Assembly: GCF_000025925.1 (NCBI RefSeq)
Contig: NC_014033.1
Coordinates: 1,740,001-1,772,000 of the forward strand
DNA: 32,000 nt
Origin: Xylanibacter ruminicola 23
GTDB lineage: Bacteria > Bacteroidota > Bacteroidia > Bacteroidales > Bacteroidaceae
Direction: 5' to 3'
This document shows, in pieces, positions 30,074 through 32,000 of the stretch. Each line of letters starts with the position of its first letter. Position 1 is the stretch's first letter. The notes under the pieces are model-generated. The model searched no databases and was not told the origin of the DNA. It saw only the letters and a program-made list of their open reading frames with translations. The position numbers were made by a program, and so were the translations under genes.

Positions 30074-32000
30074 AAAGTTAAAAGTGAAAAGTGAAAAATT
30101 TGCTACCGCAATCCTAGGCTTCATTTTGATGCTGACTGGCTGTAAGAGTGAGGATGACGTGATAGTGTATAAGGACTCGCGTCGATGGGTGGAGAAGACG
30201 GTGGCTGTGGTGGCCCCATTGAACGATCCCATTATGAAGGCCCGACTGGAGCGTACGGCTGAGTGGATGCTCAGCAGTCTGCACAACGCCCAGTTGCACG
30301 ACACGCTCTGCATCGACCTGAAACTGGAGTGGTACGATGAATACGGCACCGACCTGAAAGCGTTAGGCGAACGGTTGGCTAACCGTGATGACCTGATGGC
30401 CGTCATCGGCCCCTTCGACAGCGACAACGTTGACATACTGGCTCCCTACTGCCAGCAGACCCACAAGCCGCTCATCCTGCCCACTGCCACCTGCGAAACC
30501 GTGATACGCCGCTTTGCCATTACCAGCACGGGCGATGGGCAGCAGCCCTTCCTCTGGTCGCTCACTGAGACCGATGTGTCGCTCTCGGAGGTGATGTTGA
30601 GTATGTATGCAGCCAACATCCAAAGGGGCAAAATGTATGCTAAGTTTTCTGATTATTCCGCACTATTCACGCCCGACGGTAAATTCGGTCAGACATTCTT
30701 TGAATGGGGACCTTTCTCGGCTACCGAACTGGGCATAGGCTTCAAGTATAACGAGCAGTATTCCAGCCCGGACATGCTCATACAGAAAATGAAAGCGTAT
30801 TACGATGATATCAGCGAAACGTTCGGCCTCTTGACTATACCTGCCTTTGTGGTTTTGGAGAAACCAGAGCCTCTTCCACAGATCAGGAGAATCCAAGCTC
30901 AACGTTGGGGGGGGATGGATATTATCGAAGAAATAAAGGAGTGGGAAGCTGATGGCGAGGATATCTTCGAATACAGCAAATCTTCTCTGTATAAATTAAC
31001 AAACATGTTCTCACCCGTCTATTTTGTATTATCGAATCTTACTGATGAAGCGATAGCGGCATTCGATATATACGACAGGACCATTATAGAACTCTATGAG
31101 GGCTTCTCGCCCTATGCCGACCCGATGACAGGCTTTGAGATGAGCTACGAGGCGCGCTACAACACGAAGCCTACCTTTGCCGAGTGTAAATTCTACGATG
31201 CCCTGTTGCTCTCGGCCTTTGCCGCCAACTACATGGAGCACCATCAGGAGGTGGATAACCTCAACGACGCCATCATCGCCATCACCACCACCGACAACTT
31301 CCTGTCGGGCTATGCCTGGAGCGAAACGGGTATGGAACTATACCTTGCAGCCTTGGAGCAGGGACAACTCGTTGGCTTTAAGGGCGCTTCGGGTCCTGTG
31401 CAGTTCGACAAGGAGTGCTACACCGCAGCCCTCAACACCACCTATGTGAACTGGATGATTAGAGACGGGCATGTGTACCACTCGGGCTATTACAGCCGGT
31501 CGGGCAATGCCCAGACGGCGAAGACACTGGCCTCGTGGAACTGGTTGGTGGAGAATGCCGAGGAGATGTTCGACAATACCTACGGCAAGAACATGCCCCC
31601 CATCAACTACCCCACCCTTACCGATCAGTATGCTGTGCTGGTGCAGGGCAGTAACGGCTGGAGCAACTACCGCCATGAGGCCGACGTGCTGAACATCTAT
31701 CAGATGCTGAAGGCTGGCGGCTACGACGACGACCATATCATATTGGTGAGTGCCGACGATGTAGCTAATGCCTCGGAGAATACCGACCGCGGTGCCGTGC
31801 GTACCGATCCTAATGGGGGCAATCTGCGCGAGGGCGCTGTGATAGACTATAAGAATGCCGACCTGACACCGGCCGACATCGTGAATATTCTGAAGGGCAA
31901 CAAGACCGACCGTACGCCAGTGGTATTGCCCAAGGACGAGGGGCAGAACGTGTTCTTCTTCTGGAGCGGACACGGGCGCAGCAAGGCCACCAACGGTGTG
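30063..32000 (+). CDS. Lipoprotein: type-1 periplasmic-binding-protein-like (LivK/ANF-receptor-like) region fused to a legumain-type C13 cysteine peptidase domain; 3' end beyond the window
   Basis: The frame is open from ATG 30063 to base 32000 (checked codon by codon); it is absent from the track because it has no stop. Signal/lipobox is MVSEKLKVKSEKFATAILGFILMLTGC. PBP1 landmarks are VAVVAPLND... and LMAVIGPFDSDNVDILAPYCQQTHKPLILPTAT. From nt ~31626 the legumain landmarks are AVLVQGSNGWSNYRHEADV, RTDPNGGNL, DYKNADLTPADIVNILKG and VFFFWSGHG (catalytic His-Gly). The ATG overlaps the upstream gene by 11 nt. Confidence 0.8.
   Translation, partial: MVSEKLKVKSEKFATAILGFILMLTGCKSEDDVIVYKDSRRWVEKTVAVVAPLNDPIMKARLERTAEWMLSSLHNAQLHDTLCIDLKLEWYDEYGTDLKALGERLANRDDLMAVIGPFDSDNVDILAPYCQQTHKPLILPTATCETVIRRFAITSTGDGQQPFLWSLTETDVSLSEVMLSMYAANIQRGKMYAKFSDYSALFTPDGKFGQTFFEWGPFSATELGIGFKYNEQYSSPDMLIQKMKAYYDDISETFGLLTIPAFVVLEKPEPLPQIRRIQAQRWGGMDIIEEIKEWEADGEDIFEYSKSSLYKLTNMFSPVYFVLSNLTDEAIAAFDIYDRTIIELYEGFSPYADPMTGFEMSYEARYNTKPTFAECKFYDALLLSAFAANYMEHHQEVDNLNDAIIAITTTDNFLSGYAWSETGMELYLAALEQGQLVGFKGASGPVQFDKECYTAALNTTYVNWMIRDGHVYHSGYYSRSGNAQTAKTLASWNWLVENAEEMFDNTYGKNMPPINYPTLTDQYAVLVQGSNGWSNYRHEADVLNIYQMLKAGGYDDDHIILVSADDVANASENTDRGAVRTDPNGGNLREGAVIDYKNADLTPADIVNILKGNKTDRTPVVLPKDEGQNVFFFWSGHGRSKATNGV
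30069..30096 (+). repeat. Heptanucleotide tandem array AGTGAAA AGTTAAA AGTGAAA AGTGAAA across the gene junction
   Basis: Read directly: four units with one mismatch. Unit 1 contains the upstream gene's TGA stop (30071-30073). The array covers codons 3-12 of the PBP-C13 gene. Confidence 0.85.
30907..30914 (+). repeat. G8 homopolymer tract inside the PBP-C13 gene
   Basis: Read directly: ...aacgttGGGGGGGGatgg... It encodes RWGGM and is the longest G/C homopolymer I noticed in the window. Confidence 0.95.

Noticed and set aside
30600-31100. Apparent AT-rich stretch within the PBP-C13 gene, considered as a sign of domain shuffling or foreign origin
   Set aside because: Hand counts of 60-nt blocks ranged from about 33% to 50% GC and interleave with host-like blocks. 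This is not robust without a proper sliding-window or codon-usage calculation.
31338-31973. 211-aa minus-strand ORF at the window end
   Set aside because: It is antisense to the legumain-type domain, whose plus-strand motifs are unambiguous.
1-32000. Search for CRISPR arrays, tRNA/rRNA genes, transposases/integrases, inverted-repeat-flanked invertible promoters and known defence-system genes
   Set aside because: I found none. The intergenic regions are short (217 nt or less) and are accounted for by promoters and terminators. The only repeats are the 7-8-nt arrays and the homopolymer reported above.

Overview
This is a chromosomal window from a Bacteroidota genome, most likely Bacteroidales (Prevotella/Bacteroides-like). 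Support: a SusC/SusD pair, lipoprotein signal peptides ending in Cys, TAnnTTTG -7 promoter boxes, and A-rich start regions without Shine-Dalgarno sites. Layout: (i) 1-2934 is the distal part of a trp operon (trpD partial, trpC, trpF, trpA). (ii) 2935-13251 is the plus-strand arm of a pectin/rhamnogalacturonan-type polysaccharide utilisation locus. It holds one 1596-aa secreted three-module enzyme (GH28 + GH105 + an unassigned ~710-aa module) and a SusC/SusD-like pair, and ends at a bidirectional terminator. (iii) 13295-28065 is a converging minus-strand arm of ten genes with almost no intergenic space: YghZ-like aldo-keto reductase, double CE12 acetylesterase, rhaM, GH2, a 122-nt gap, GH28-like, rhaB, rhaA, MFS sugar porter, rhaD, and a 937-aa secreted protein of unknown family. 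Secreted pectin-trimming enzymes are therefore interleaved with the cytoplasmic L-rhamnose pathway. (iv) 28252-28794 is a small outer-membrane beta-barrel. (v) 29012 to beyond 32000 holds two translationally coupled lipoproteins. The first is BMP/PBP-like. The second joins a type-1 periplasmic-binding-protein-like region to a legumain-type (C13, clan CD) peptidase domain and runs off the window; it is missing from the supplied ORF track because it has no stop. I saw no rRNA, tRNA, CRISPR array, transposase/integrase or recognisable defence system. Most worth a second look are the lipoprotein/PBP-C13 protease pair with its two simple-sequence tracts, the two unassigned glycosidase-like modules (5690-7829 and 13295-16108) wired into pectin/rhamnose genes, and the 7-8-nt tandem arrays at gene junctions. 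All family assignments come from motif recognition by eye; none was checked against a database.
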